Source: Trueperaceae bacterium (GTDB lineage: Bacteria > Deinococcota > Deinococci > Deinococcales > Trueperaceae). Taken from it: a stretch of 64,000 nucleotides of DNA. Both the position numbers and the translations under genes were made by a program. Each line of letters opens with the position of its first letter. Positions within the stretch are counted from its first letter, which is position 1. This document shows, one piece after another, positions 30,002 to 44,028 of this stretch. The DNA lies in NCBI GenBank assembly GCA_034521815.1, contig JAXHLW010000013.1, positions 32,001 through 96,000 of the forward strand, given 5' to 3'. Below the pieces are notes generated by a model. It saw only the letters and a list, made by a program, of their open reading frames with translations. It did no database searches and had not been told where the DNA came from.

Positions 30002-30412
30002 GTGAAAGACGAATCGACCATCCCGACGATCCTCGTCGCCGATGACCAGCAGGGTCAGCGCGCGGTGGTCGACATGCTTCTCTCCGTCGACGGCTACCGG
30101 GTCGTCACCGTCGACGACGGCCGGCAGGCGCTCGACTGGCTAGCGAAGAATACGCCCGATCTCGCCGTTCTCGACGTGCGCATGCCGCATCTCGACGGGA
30201 TCGAGATCTGCCGGCGCATCAGGAAGGTGTCTCGCCTACGGGCCGTACCGGTGGTCATCCTCACCGGCATGCGGGACGAAGCGACCACCGCATCATCGAA
30301 AGCCGCCGGCGCGAACGCCGTCGTGCACAAGCCGCTCGAGGGCAAGGACTTTCGGGCGACGGTGCGCGCGTTGATCGACGACGCGGCGAAGCTCAGGGCC
30401 TCCTCCAGCTGA
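30002..30412 (+). CDS. Single-domain response regulator
   Basis: ILVADD, LDVRMP, ILTG, KP; no kinase nearby. Confidence 0.9.
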   Translation: MKDESTIPTILVADDQQGQRAVVDMLLSVDGYRVVTVDDGRQALDWLAKNTPDLAVLDVRMPHLDGIEICRRIRKVSRLRAVPVVILTGMRDEATTASSKAAGANAVVHKPLEGKDFRATVRALIDDAAKLRASSS

Positions 30413-30473
30413 CCGACGCCTTCACCTGACCGGCGCCTTCACCTGGTCGACCGTCGGTGCGACGGCGGGTCGC

Positions 30474-31289
30474 TCAGCCGGGGCGTCGCTGACGAAGCGC
30501 CTCGAAGAGGAGCAACGCTCCTGTCACGCTGACGTTGAGGCTGTCCGCGGACCCCTGCATCGGGACGCGTACCCGCGTCGCGGCAGCGTCGGTCCAGCCC
30601 TCGTCCAGCCCCTGGTGCTCGGGACCGACCACGATCGCGACCGGTCCCGTCAGGTCCGCGTCCCAGACGTCGATGTCGGCGCCTGGCGAGGTGGCGACGA
30701 TCCGCACGTCGCGCGCCCGTAGCCAGCTCAGGGCCACCTCGTCCGCGACCGCTACGACCGGCAACGAGAAGACGCTGCCCATGCTGGCGCGGATCACGCC
30801 CGGGTTCCACGGGTCGGTGCCGGCGCCGCCGACGCACAGCAGCGCATCCGCCCCGGCCGCGTCGGCGGACCTGATCAGGGCGCCGAGGTTGCCGGGCTTC
30901 TCCGTGTCGACCGCGACGAGCAGCAACGGGTCGGCCGGCAGATCGAGCATCGCGAGCGTGCGCTCCGGGGGCCGGATCAGTGCGACCACGCCGTCGGGGC
31001 CTTGGCGCCGACCGATCCGGTCGAACGCCTCGTTCGTCACCTCGATGATCGTCACGTTCGCGGACGCCAGGGCGCGCCGCAGCTCGAACCCTTCCGGGGT
31101 GAGCAGCGCCGGCGCGAGGTAGACGGCCTCGATCGCGACGCCCGCCTGCAGCGCACGTCTCGTCTCGCGCGTTCCCTCGACCAACGTGCGTCCCTCGCGC
31201 TCGCGTTCACGGCGCCCGTGGAGACGCGCCAGCGCCTTGATCCGCGGGTTCTTCGGACTCTCGATCCGTTCGGTGGCCACGTCGGTCAT
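30474..31289 (-). CDS. TrmH/SpoU family RNA methyltransferase
   Basis: KPGNLGALIRSA, GPEHQGL, SLNVS. Confidence 0.92.
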   Translation of the reverse strand: MTDVATERIESPKNPRIKALARLHGRREREREGRTLVEGTRETRRALQAGVAIEAVYLAPALLTPEGFELRRALASANVTIIEVTNEAFDRIGRRQGPDGVVALIRPPERTLAMLDLPADPLLLVAVDTEKPGNLGALIRSADAAGADALLCVGGAGTDPWNPGVIRASMGSVFSLPVVAVADEVALSWLRARDVRIVATSPGADIDVWDADLTGPVAIVVGPEHQGLDEGWTDAAATRVRVPMQGSADSLNVSVTGALLLFEALRQRRPG

Positions 31290-31365
31290 GCTACCCCCCG
31301 AGCGACAGGTGCTAGCATCGGCGCTCGGGACCCGGCCCGTGCCGTGGACCCGCGAAGGGATCCTC

Positions 31366-32664
31366 ATGCCGCTCCGACCCGGTGCCCGTGCGGGCATCGC
31401 GTTCATTCTGGTGACGCTTTTTCTGGACATCCTCGGGATCGGAATCATCATTCCGGTGCTGCCAGGACTCGTCACCTCGTTCACGGGAGGCGACGCCAGC
31501 GCGGCTGCGCCCTGGTACGCGGCGCTCGCGGCGGTCTATGCAGGGATGCAGTTCCTGTTCGCGCCGCTGATCGGGGCGCTGTCCGACCGGTTCGGGCGGC
31601 GAAAAGTGATCCTGGCGTCGCTGACGGCGTTCGGAGCGAGCTACCTGATCTTGGCGGTTGCGCCGTCGCTGGCGTGGCTGTTCGTGGGCCGGGTCGTCGC
31701 CGGGATCACCGGGGCGACGATCACTGCGGCCAACGCGTACATCGCCGACGTCTCGACGCCCGAGACGCGAGCTCGGAACTTCGGCTTCGTCGGCGTGGCG
31801 TTCGGCCTTGGCTTCGTGTTCGGTCCGGCGATCGGCGGCCTGCTGGGCGGGATCGGTCTGCGCGTGCCGTTCTACGCGGCTGCCTTCGTCGCCCTGCTCG
31901 GCGCCCTCTACGGTCTGTTCGTGCTGCCCGAGTCGCTTCCTCCCGAGAACAGGCGCGCCTTCTCCTGGAGTCGCGCCGATCCGTTCCGGGCGCTGCTCGG
32001 CTTGCGGGCCTATCCGCTGGTCGCGGGCCTGGCGTTCGCGTTCCTGTTCTTCTCGCTGGCGCAGCGTGGTCTCGAGACCGTGTTCGTGCTGTATACCGAC
32101 TACCGCTACGGCTGGGGTCCGCGCGAGAACGGGCTGGCGCTCGCCCTCGTGGGCGTGATGGCCGCGGTCGTGCAGGGCGGCCTGGTGCGGCCGCTGGTCG
32201 CCCGCCTGGGCGAGCGCCGCACGATCGTCGCGGGCCTCGCGGTCTCGATGCTGGGGTTCGTGGGTTACGGACTCGCGTCGCAAGGCTGGATCCTGCTGGT
32301 GGTGATCGCCGTCGCGAGCCTCGGTGCCGTCGCCGGCCCCGCGATCCAGGGCCTGATCGCCGGCACCGTGTCGGCTACGGAGCAGGGATCCGTCCAAGGG
32401 ACGCTCACCTCGATGCTGTCGCTCACCTCGGTCGTCGCTCCGCTGGTGGCTGGCGGGCTGTTCGGGATGTTCACCGGCGAGCGCTCGATCGTCGAGCTGC
32501 CGGGCATGCCGTTCTACGCCGGCGCCGTGTTCCTGGTCGTCGCGCTGGCTCTCGTGATCCGCACGCTCCGCCGGAACCCGATCCTCGCCGAGTCCGATTC
32601 GTCGGGCGTTCAGGCGAGCGCCGCGGGCGGCGGCACGGCGGCCGAGCCCGCGACGCTAGACTGA
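31366..32664 (+). CDS. TCR/Tet family MFS transporter
   Basis: D.LG.GIIIPVLP, GALSDRFGRR, GFVFGPAIGG. Confidence 0.92.
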   Translation: MPLRPGARAGIAFILVTLFLDILGIGIIIPVLPGLVTSFTGGDASAAAPWYAALAAVYAGMQFLFAPLIGALSDRFGRRKVILASLTAFGASYLILAVAPSLAWLFVGRVVAGITGATITAANAYIADVSTPETRARNFGFVGVAFGLGFVFGPAIGGLLGGIGLRVPFYAAAFVALLGALYGLFVLPESLPPENRRAFSWSRADPFRALLGLRAYPLVAGLAFAFLFFSLAQRGLETVFVLYTDYRYGWGPRENGLALALVGVMAAVVQGGLVRPLVARLGERRTIVAGLAVSMLGFVGYGLASQGWILLVVIAVASLGAVAGPAIQGLIAGTVSATEQGSVQGTLTSMLSLTSVVAPLVAGGLFGMFTGERSIVELPGMPFYAGAVFLVVALALVIRTLRRNPILAESDSSGVQASAAGGGTAAEPATLD

Positions 32665-32667
32665 CGC

Positions 32668-33540
32668 ATGGGAAATCTGATCGACGCCAACGAGCTGGCC
32701 ACGCGGCTTACCGACGACGCGCTTCGGATCGTCGACGTCCGGTTCGACCTGGGCGACCCGGAGGCCGGCAGGCGCGCCTACCTGGCGGGGCACCTGCCGG
32801 GCGCGGTCTACCTCCATCTCGACGACGATCTGTCGTCGCCGCTTTCGGCGGACGGCCTGGGCGGCCGTCACCCGCTGCCGGACCCGGACGCGTTCGCCGC
32901 CCGCTTGGGCGAGGCGGGGATCGGCGACGAGCACCACGTCGTGGCCTACGACGACGCCGGTGGGGCGATCGCCGCGCGGCTCTGGTGGCTGCTTCGCTGG
33001 ATCGGACGCGAGCGGGTGCAGGTGCTCGACGGGGGCGTGCACGCCTGGACGGCGGCGGGGGGCGAGCTCGCGTCCGAACCTCGCCGCTACCCGCCGGCGA
33101 TCTCGACGGCGCGTCCCGACCCCGAGATGGTGGTCGACGCGGACGACGTGGCGGCGCGGCTCGAGGATCCCGATCGTGTGCTGGTCGACGCTCGTGCCGC
33201 GGAGCGCTACCGGGGGGAGGTCGAGCCGCTCGACCGCAAGGCCGGTCACGTGCCGGGAGCGGTCAACCTGCCGTACGCCGGCAACCTCGTGGACGGGCGG
33301 TTCCGTGCAGCGGACGAGCTGCGCTCGCGCTTCGAGCTGCTGAGCGAGGCCGCCGAGGTCGTCGTGTACTGCGGCTCGGGCGTCACGGCGGCGCACGACG
33401 CCCTGGCGATGGAGGAGGCCGGCCTTCCGTTGCCGCGCCTGTACCCCGGATCGTGGAGCGACTGGTCGAGTCGCGACGACCGCCCGGTCGCGACGGGCGA
33501 CGAGGCGAGCCCACACCGTCCTCACCGGTTCGAGCGCTAG
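32668..33540 (+). CDS. Tandem rhodanese sulfurtransferase (SseA-like)
   Basis: GHLPGA, GRHPLP, YCGSGV, YPGSWSDW. Confidence 0.93.
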   Translation: MGNLIDANELATRLTDDALRIVDVRFDLGDPEAGRRAYLAGHLPGAVYLHLDDDLSSPLSADGLGGRHPLPDPDAFAARLGEAGIGDEHHVVAYDDAGGAIAARLWWLLRWIGRERVQVLDGGVHAWTAAGGELASEPRRYPPAISTARPDPEMVVDADDVAARLEDPDRVLVDARAAERYRGEVEPLDRKAGHVPGAVNLPYAGNLVDGRFRAADELRSRFELLSEAAEVVVYCGSGVTAAHDALAMEEAGLPLPRLYPGSWSDWSSRDDRPVATGDEASPHRPHRFER

Positions 33541-33548
33541 AGTCGGGT

Positions 33549-34235
33549 ATGGAGTACGGAGAACCCCGCAGTCCGTTGCCCGGCCTCGGCTGGCTTCGCG
33601 AGCCGATCAACGCGCTCACCCACGCCGTCGGCGTGGTGTTCGGCGTGGCCGCTCTGGTGGTCCTGCTGGTCCTCGCCGACGGCGAGCCGGTCAAGGTGGC
33701 GAGCGCCATCGTCTACGGGGTCAGTCTGGTGCTGCTGTTCCTCGCCAGTACCCTTCTGCACGCGCTCCGCGTCGGCGCGAAGGCGCTTCGCGCGTTGCGG
33801 ATCTTCGATCACGCCGCGATCTTCGTGCTGATCGCGGGAAGCTATACGCCGATCACCTTGATCACCCTGACGGAACGGAACCCGACGCTGGGCTGGACGC
33901 TGTTCGCCGTCGTGTGGGGGGTCGCGCTGCTGGGCGTGCTGTTCAAGATCGCCTGGATCGGGGCTCCGCGCTGGGTATCCACCGGCCTGTACCTGGTGAT
34001 GGGCTGGATGGCGGTGGTCGCGATCGGTCCGCTCCTGGCCGCGTGGCCGGCGCCGGCGGTGGCGTGGTTGATCGCCGGAGGCCTCGCCTATTCGGTCGGG
34101 GCCGTCGTGTACGCCACCAAGCGTCCCGACCCGTTCCCGCACGTGTTCGGCTACCACGAGCTGTGGCACCTGTTCGTGCTGGCCGGATCGGTCTCGCACT
34201 TCGTCCTGATCGCGCGCTTCGTGGTCGGTGCCTGA
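33549..34235 (+). CDS. Hemolysin III/PAQR (TrhA) family membrane protein
   Basis: EPINALTH, DHAAIFVLIAGSYTP, HELWHLFV. Confidence 0.93.
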   Translation: MEYGEPRSPLPGLGWLREPINALTHAVGVVFGVAALVVLLVLADGEPVKVASAIVYGVSLVLLFLASTLLHALRVGAKALRALRIFDHAAIFVLIAGSYTPITLITLTERNPTLGWTLFAVVWGVALLGVLFKIAWIGAPRWVSTGLYLVMGWMAVVAIGPLLAAWPAPAVAWLIAGGLAYSVGAVVYATKRPDPFPHVFGYHELWHLFVLAGSVSHFVLIARFVVGA

Positions 34236-34881
34236 GCGGCCGGTGGCTCCGCCGTCCGCGCCCGAGCGCCCGCCCGTGCCGGACCCGCCCGTTCCGGAGC
34301 TGCCGGGACGTTGCCCGTGGGCGGAGGGCGATGCGCTCATGGCCGCGTACCACGACGAGGAGTGGGGCGTTCCGCTGGTCGACCGGCGGCGCACGTTCGA
34401 GTTCCTGGTGCTCGAGACGTTCCAGGCCGGTCTCTCCTGGCGGGTCGTCCTTCACAAGCGCGAGGCGTTCCGGCGCGCCTTCGCCGGGTTCGAGCCCGAA
34501 GCGGTCGCGGCGTTCGGTCCCGACCGGATCGAGGCGCTGATGACCGACGCCTCGCTGATCCGAAACAGGGCCAAGCTGAACGCGGCGGTCGCCAACGCGC
34601 GGGCGTTCCTGGCGATGGAGGAGAGCGGGCCGGGCTTCGTCGATCACGCCTGGTCGTTCGTCGGGGGAAAGCCGATCGTGCATCGCTACGAGCGTCCAGG
34701 GCAGGTGCCCTCGACGTCGCCGGAGGCGGAGGCGTGGTCGAAGGACCTGAAGCGTCGCGGCTTCAGGTTCGTGGGTCCCACGGTGGCGTACGCGCACATG
34801 CAGGCGACCGGCATGGTGAACGATCACCTGGTGGGGTGTCCCCGCCACTCGGAGGTCGCCGTGGACCGGGCGTCGACGTGA
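34228..34881 (+). CDS. tag: DNA-3-methyladenine glycosylase I
   Basis: RC.W...YHDEEWG, LETFQAGLSW, IRNRAK, NDHL..C. Confidence 0.94.
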   Translation: MPERPVAPPSAPERPPVPDPPVPELPGRCPWAEGDALMAAYHDEEWGVPLVDRRRTFEFLVLETFQAGLSWRVVLHKREAFRRAFAGFEPEAVAAFGPDRIEALMTDASLIRNRAKLNAAVANARAFLAMEESGPGFVDHAWSFVGGKPIVHRYERPGQVPSTSPEAEAWSKDLKRRGFRFVGPTVAYAHMQATGMVNDHLVGCPRHSEVAVDRAST

Positions 34882-35222
34882 GCCCGCGTGCGCGGCAGGC
34901 GTACCGGCGGTTCGCGACCTTCTTCCTGGCGATCGGCAGCGTGTTCCTGATGCTGGGCATTGCGCGCGCCACCTTCCTGCCCGACGTCCTGCGTGGGAAC
35001 CCGCTGCCGGTCGCCCTGCTCCTGCTCGCGATCGGTGGCGGGCTGCGCTGGACGGTTCGAGATCGGCCCGGCGAGGACGACGAGGACGGCGAGGACGGCG
35101 ACCCGGCCGGCGACGAACCGTGGGACGAGGTCGGTGACGAGGTCGGTGACGAGGTCGGTAACGATGTCGGTGACGACGCGGAGGAGGGGCGAGGCCCGCC
35201 TGGCGGACCGCGGGTATCCTGA
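34878..35222 (+). CDS. Small 2-TM protein with acidic repeat tail
   Basis: GTGA overlap with tag; DEVG repeats. Confidence 0.65.
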   Translation: MSPRARQAYRRFATFFLAIGSVFLMLGIARATFLPDVLRGNPLPVALLLLAIGGGLRWTVRDRPGEDDEDGEDGDPAGDEPWDEVGDEVGDEVGNDVGDDAEEGRGPPGGPRVS

Positions 35223-35227
35223 CGCGC

Positions 35228-35968
35228 ATGCGCGTTTCCGTCGAACTCATTCCTCGCAACGAGGCGGACCTCGACGTTCAGCTCGACGAGCTGACCGAGC
35301 TGCCGACGGTGGACACGGTGAACGTTCCCGACATCCTGCGCTTTCCGCTGCGCTCCTGGGACGCCTGCGGCCGCGCCAGCGAGCGTGGGCTGCGCGCGGT
35401 TCCGCATCTGCGCGCGATCGACGTCGATCCGCAGGGACCGCTCCCGTTCGCCGCGGGTCTCGACCGGTACGGCTTGGAGGAGGTTCTGGTCGTCGCCGGC
35501 GATGCGCCTGCGGACATGTCCAAACCGGTCTACGACACGACCAGCGAAGCGCTGATCCGGCGCCTGAAGCGCGAACGTCCGCAGCTGGTCGTCTACGCCG
35601 CTCTGGACCCGTACCGGCAGGGGTTCGCGGCCGAGCGCGACTACCTGCTCCGCAAGCTCGACGCTGGCGCGGACGGCGTGTTCACCCAGCCGTTCTTCGA
35701 CGTGCGGCTCCTCGGAGTGTGGGCCGACCTGCTGGACCGGCTCGACACGACCGTGTTCTGGGGCGCGACCAGCGTGACCAGCGCGCGCTCGGCGCGCTAC
35801 TGGACGACGCGCAACCGGGCGGTGCTGCCCGCGAGGTTCGCGCCGACGCTGAAGCACAGCCGCGAGATCGCTGGCGAGCTGCTCTCGTTCGCTCGCGATC
35901 GGGACGAGAACGTGTACTTCATGCCGATCCGGGTCTCGTGTCGCGCCTACCTGAAGGGACTCGTCTGA
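35228..35968 (+). CDS. metF: Methylenetetrahydrofolate reductase, short form
   Basis: SVELIPR, VNVPD, PHLRAID, LVVAGD, KLDAGA...TQPFFD. Confidence 0.88.
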   Translation: MRVSVELIPRNEADLDVQLDELTELPTVDTVNVPDILRFPLRSWDACGRASERGLRAVPHLRAIDVDPQGPLPFAAGLDRYGLEEVLVVAGDAPADMSKPVYDTTSEALIRRLKRERPQLVVYAALDPYRQGFAAERDYLLRKLDAGADGVFTQPFFDVRLLGVWADLLDRLDTTVFWGATSVTSARSARYWTTRNRAVLPARFAPTLKHSREIAGELLSFARDRDENVYFMPIRVSCRAYLKGLV

Positions 35969-36012
35969 ACCGCGGAGGTCAGATGCGAGTCCGCTCGCTA
36001 CGAGGCGGCTCG

Positions 36013-36780
36013 CTACGCGGACGGCGCTTCCTTCTTGCCGGTGTACGCCTTCTTCAGCTTCACGGGCTCGCGGTTCGCGCGGACGCGAAGGTTGACCGCC
36101 TCGACGAAGATGCTGAACCCCATCGCGAAGTAGATGTAGCCCTTGGGGATGTGGAACGCGAACCCTTCGGCCACGAGGCTCATGCCGATGAGCAGCAGGA
36201 ACGACAGCGCCAAGATCTTCACGGTCGGGTGGCGCTCGACGAACTCGCTGATCGCAGTGGCGGCGACGAGCATCACCCCGATCGCGGCGACGACGGCGAT
36301 CACCATCACGGCCAGATCGTCCGCCATGCCGACCGCCGTGATGACGGAATCCAGGCTGAACACCGCGTCCAGCAGCAGGATCTGCGCGATCACGCCGGCG
36401 AACGTCGCGGTCGTGCGCGCTTCGGCGTGGCCGTCCTCGCCCTCGAGCTTGTCGTGGATCTCGTGCGTGGCCTTGGCCAGCAGGAACAGGCCGCCGCTCA
36501 ACATGATCAGGTCGCGGCCGCTGAACTCCGCGCCGAACACCGTGAACCAGGGCGCCGTGAGGCGCACGATCCACGCGACCGAGAACAGCAGCGCGATGCG
36601 CATGAGCATCGCCAGGAGCAGGCCGACCGTGCGAGCACGGGCCTGCTGGTCCTCGGGCAGCTTGCCGCTGAGGATCGAGATGAACACGATGTTGTCGATG
36701 CCCAGCACGATCTCCAGAACCGTCAGCGTGGCCAGTGCGATCCAGGCGTCGGGGTTGGACGTCCATGCCATCCATTCCAT
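36013..36780 (-). CDS. TerC family membrane protein
   Basis: LEIVLGIDN, GRDLI, D.VFSLDSVITAVG. Confidence 0.93.
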   Translation of the reverse strand: MEWMAWTSNPDAWIALATLTVLEIVLGIDNIVFISILSGKLPEDQQARARTVGLLLAMLMRIALLFSVAWIVRLTAPWFTVFGAEFSGRDLIMLSGGLFLLAKATHEIHDKLEGEDGHAEARTTATFAGVIAQILLLDAVFSLDSVITAVGMADDLAVMVIAVVAAIGVMLVAATAISEFVERHPTVKILALSFLLLIGMSLVAEGFAFHIPKGYIYFAMGFSIFVEAVNLRVRANREPVKLKKAYTGKKEAPSA

Positions 36781-36982
36781 AGACGGCGTTCTACCACGTC
36801 CCAGCGAGGCCTCCGTCGAATCTGACGCGCCGCTGGGGCGGGGGTGAGCGACGTCGTGGGCGGCGTGTCGCCTGGACATCGATCACATGACTTTCAGGCT
36901 GTATATTCAGTGTTCGGTGCCGCGCGAGCGGTGCCCGAATCGATACGCGAGCGGCCGGCGAACGGACCGCTGGAGGACGACC

Positions 36983-37210
36983 ATGACGGACTACGACAGC
37001 ATTCTTCTCAACTCTCGACGCCACGAGCTCGAAGCGATCGCACGCCGCCACGCGGACTGGATGGAGGCGCGTCGCGCGCTCGCCCAGGACCACGGCCGCG
37101 ACAACCAGCCGACGTCGCGCGGCGTCGCCGGCCTGCCCGGCATCCGCACGCTCCTCGGCCTCCGCGCCAACGCCCGCCGCGGCCTCAAGGGTCGTCGCAG
37201 CCTGGCCTGA
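36983..37210 (+). CDS. Small hypothetical protein (75 aa)
   Basis: GGAGG RBS before ATG; GC-rich third codon positions. Confidence 0.55.
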   Translation: MTDYDSILLNSRRHELEAIARRHADWMEARRALAQDHGRDNQPTSRGVAGLPGIRTLLGLRANARRGLKGRRSLA

Positions 37211-37895
37211 GCTCCCGGTACGCGTCGGCGATCTCGGCCAGGCGTGCTCGCCCGAACGGCGTCGTGACGCGGGCTTCCGCGGACGCGAAGAACTCGTCGA
37301 GGCGCGCCGGCGCCTCGGGCGGCGATCGTTCGTCGACTCGTTCGTCGCCTCGGTCGGGGCCCCGATCGTCACCCGGAGCGGCGCCAGGACCGCCGCCTTC
37401 GGCAGCGCCGGAGCCGGCGCCAAGATTTGCGCGAGGGCCGTAGCGGCCCTCGCGCTCGTAGATCAGGGCCTGAAGCGCCATGTCCAGCAGGTTCATGTCC
37501 CGCACGAAGCGTGCCGCCGGTCCGTCGCGGTCCTCGTACGAACGCCAGCGGCGCGCGACCAGGTCCGCGGCGGGACCTGGCCACGATTCGTGCAGCGCGG
37601 CCATGGCGCGTGCCTCCAGGCGGGCCTTCTGGTCCGCCGCGACGGGACGGAGCGCCGGGTCGGCGAGGCTGGGGAGATCGCCGATCTCGGCCTCCGCCAG
37701 GTCGTGCGTCAGGGCGATCTCGAGCGCCTCGGCCCGGTCCACGCCCGCGTCGTCGGCGAACAGCATGCACAGGAGCGCTGTGCCCCAGGTGTGGCCGGCC
37801 ACCGACTCGGGGCGATCGATCCCGCGCAGGACCCAGCCGGTGCGCGGCCGGTCCTTGAGCCGGTAGGCGTTCAGCAGGTACGCGAGCGCGCTCAC
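37185..37895 (-). CDS. HD domain hydrolase (YfbR/HDDC2-like)
   Basis: LK..PRTGW, ESVAGH, THDLAEA..GD. Confidence 0.88.
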   Translation of the reverse strand: MSALAYLLNAYRLKDRPRTGWVLRGIDRPESVAGHTWGTALLCMLFADDAGVDRAEALEIALTHDLAEAEIGDLPSLADPALRPVAADQKARLEARAMAALHESWPGPAADLVARRWRSYEDRDGPAARFVRDMNLLDMALQALIYEREGRYGPRANLGAGSGAAEGGGPGAAPGDDRGPDRGDERVDERSPPEAPARLDEFFASAEARVTTPFGRARLAEIADAYRELRPGCDDP

Positions 37896-37914
37896 GGCAG
37901 GGACTCGGGCGCGC

Positions 37915-41630
<3,716 letters not shown>

Positions 41631-41631
<1 letters not shown>

Positions 41632-42587
41632 CAGTCGACGTCGCGGCGCACGAACAGCCAGGTCAGCAGCGCTCCGAAGAACAGGGCGTAGAGCGTCATC
41701 GCCCAGGCGGCGTGCGGCAGCGTGAGGCCGCTGCCGAACAGGCTGCCCAGCGGCGAGTCCTGGAGGTCGGCCGCCTCGGCGCCGAACAGGTCGATCAGGC
41801 GCCGGGCCGGCACGCGGGCGGGAAGGTACAGGTTGTCGGTGAGGAACCAGCGCGGCAGGTTCTCGAGGGTGCGGCGCAGCTCCAGCGCCTGGAACACGGC
41901 GTTCAGGCGGTTGATCGGCTCGAACCCGACGGTCGCCCGCCACACGGTGTAGATCCCCTCGACCAGCGCCGGAAGGAAGAACGTCATCACGATGCCCAGC
42001 GCCACGTTGCGCACCAGGAAGATCAGCAGCGACGCGAACAGCGTGAGCGTCGTCAGGTGCGCCCACTGCTGCAGGTACAGCCTGCCCAGCTCGCCCCAAG
42101 CGCCGGCGAAGGTGGTGGGCAGGAACGTCGTCGCGGCGGCGCCGGCCAGCACGGCGAACAGCGCGGCGCCCGCCATCAGCAGCGCCAGCACGATCATCAT
42201 CGCCGCGATCTTGCCCCAGATCACCGCCAGGCGGGACGGCTGAGCCACCAGCGTCGTCTTCCACATGTTCAGGCTCTTCTCCTCGCCGATGAACACGGCA
42301 GCGAGGAGGGCGACCACGATCACGTAGTAGCTGGGGCTGAGGAACGCGGGGCCGGTCAGGGCGACCCGTGCAAGACCGTACGGCGAGGCGAGCTCCTGGA
42401 GCAGGGTCGCCACCGTGGTGCCGGTCTCGTCGACGAACGAGCCGCCGACGTTGACCTGCACGACGCGCGCGATGATCAGCGTCACCGCCGGCAGCAACAC
42501 CCACCACAGGCCGGCCAGGACGTAGCTCCTTCGTTTCCGGACCGCCTTGAACAGCTCGGCGCGGACGACGCGGTAGAGGGGGATCAC
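41631..42587 (-). CDS. ABC-2 type exporter permease
   Basis: VVRAELFK start, GEE....WK..L..QPSR; multi-TM; overlaps the ATPase stop. Confidence 0.85.
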
Positions 42588-43501
42588 GACGGCCTCCCGT
42601 CTTCGCGCAACAGGCGCAGGTAGGCGTCTTCGAGGTCCTCGCCGACGCGGCGCGCTTCGAGCAGCTCCACGCCGCTGGTCAGCAGCCCGCGGAGCAGCTC
42701 TGGAACCTCGGCCTGGGCGATACGAACCTTGGCGTGGGCGGGATCGGCCGCTTCGGTCTCGACGGCGATCTCGCGCTCGGCCAGGGCGGAGCGCAGCGCG
42801 TCCGGATCGGTGGCGGCCAGCCGCATCGTGACGGTGTGCTCGTCGAGCCGGGCGGTGAGCTCGTGCAGCGGACCGTCGAAGCGAAGCTGGCCCCGCTCGA
42901 TGGCGACGACGCGTGCGACCAGCTTCTCGATCTCGGCCAGGATGTGGCTGCTGATCAGCACGGTGACGCCCTGACGGGCGACCGTGCGCAGGTTCTCGCG
43001 GATCTCGGCGATGCCGACCGGATCGAGCCCGTTCGTCGGCTCGTCGAGGAGCAGCACGTCGGGCTCGTGCAGCAGCGCGCGAGCCAGCCCCAGCCGTTGC
43101 CGCATCCCCTGCGAGTACTGGCCGACCCGCTTGGCGGCCGCGTTCTCCAGCCGGACGAAGGCGAGCACCTCGTCGATGCGACCTGGCGGCACGTCGCCGT
43201 GGAGGGTGGCGGCGTAGCGAAGGTTGTCGCGGCCGGACATGTAGGGGTAGAAGCTGGGCTCCTCGATCATCGTTCCGACGCGGCGAAGGCCGCGCCCGGG
43301 AACGCGAGCGCCCAGGATCTCGGCGTGGCCGGCGCTGGGCCGGATCAGCCCGGCGAGCATTCTGAGGGTCGTGGTCTTCCCGGCTCCGTTCGGGCCGAGG
43401 AAGCCGACGATCTCGCCGCGCTCGACCTCGAGGTCGAGGCGGTCGACGGCGACGGCGGAGCCGTACCGTTTGACGAGGCCGTGAGCGGCGATGACGGACA
43501 T
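42584..43501 (-). CDS. ABC exporter ATP-binding protein (BcrA-like)
   Basis: [33 protein letters not shown]. Confidence 0.93.
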   Translation of the reverse strand: MSVIAAHGLVKRYGSAVAVDRLDLEVERGEIVGFLGPNGAGKTTTLRMLAGLIRPSAGHAEILGARVPGRGLRRVGTMIEEPSFYPYMSGRDNLRYAATLHGDVPPGRIDEVLAFVRLENAAAKRVGQYSQGMRQRLGLARALLHEPDVLLLDEPTNGLDPVGIAEIRENLRTVARQGVTVLISSHILAEIEKLVARVVAIERGQLRFDGPLHELTARLDEHTVTMRLAATDPDALRSALAEREIAVETEAADPAHAKVRIAQAEVPELLRGLLTSGVELLEARRVGEDLEDAYLRLLREDGRPS

Positions 43502-43644
43502 GGCGGCATCCTACCCGGGTTCGGATCCCGTTCCCCGCGCTTGCGCGTGCCCGGCGACGTGCGCCCCGCTGGGCAGCGGTGCTAGCATGACGCCCGCGCA
43601 CGGCGCCTATCGGCACAGCCGAAATTCCACCCGTGGAGGGGACC

Positions 43645-44007
43645 ATGCCCGTCTACGTCTACAAGAATCTGACCACCGGCGAGACCTTCGAGGTTCAGCA
43701 GCGCATCACCGAGTCCGCCTGGACCGAGCACCCCGCGACCGGCGACCCCGTCAAGCGGATCGTGCAGCCGGTCGGGATCGCCTTCAAGGGCTCGGGCTTC
43801 TACGTCACCGACTCGCGGACCTCGTCCAAGAAGCCGTCCGCCGACAAGGCGGGCTCGAACGACGCGTCGGCCAAGAGCGACGCGCCGACGAAAGGCGACG
43901 CATCGACGTCGGCCAGCGACGGTCCCGCGTCCAAGGCGGACAGCACGCCCTCGGCCGCCAAGAAGGACGCGACCAAGAAGGAGACGAAGAAGGACTCGAA
44001 AGCCTGA
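43645..44007 (+). CDS. FmdB family zinc-ribbon-like protein lacking Cys
   Basis: MPVYVY...FEV.Q...IAFKGSGFYVTD; GGAGG RBS. Confidence 0.85.
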   Translation: MPVYVYKNLTTGETFEVQQRITESAWTEHPATGDPVKRIVQPVGIAFKGSGFYVTDSRTSSKKPSADKAGSNDASAKSDAPTKGDASTSASDGPASKADSTPSAAKKDATKKETKKDSKA

Positions 44008-44028
44008 CCGACGGCACGTGCCCGCGGG

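Noticed and set aside
31366..32664. Acquired tetracycline resistance determinant
   Set aside because: Generic TCR-family MFS in core context, with no tetR or mobile element.
36781..36900. yybP-ykoY (Mn) riboswitch upstream of terC
   Set aside because: Consensus elements not visible; a -10-like TAGAAC lies 7 nt before the ATG, leaving no room for a leader.
41632..42507. Apparent N-terminal extension of about 290 aa on MetH
   Set aside because: Off-frame read-through of the upstream permease; MetH homology starts at 41631.
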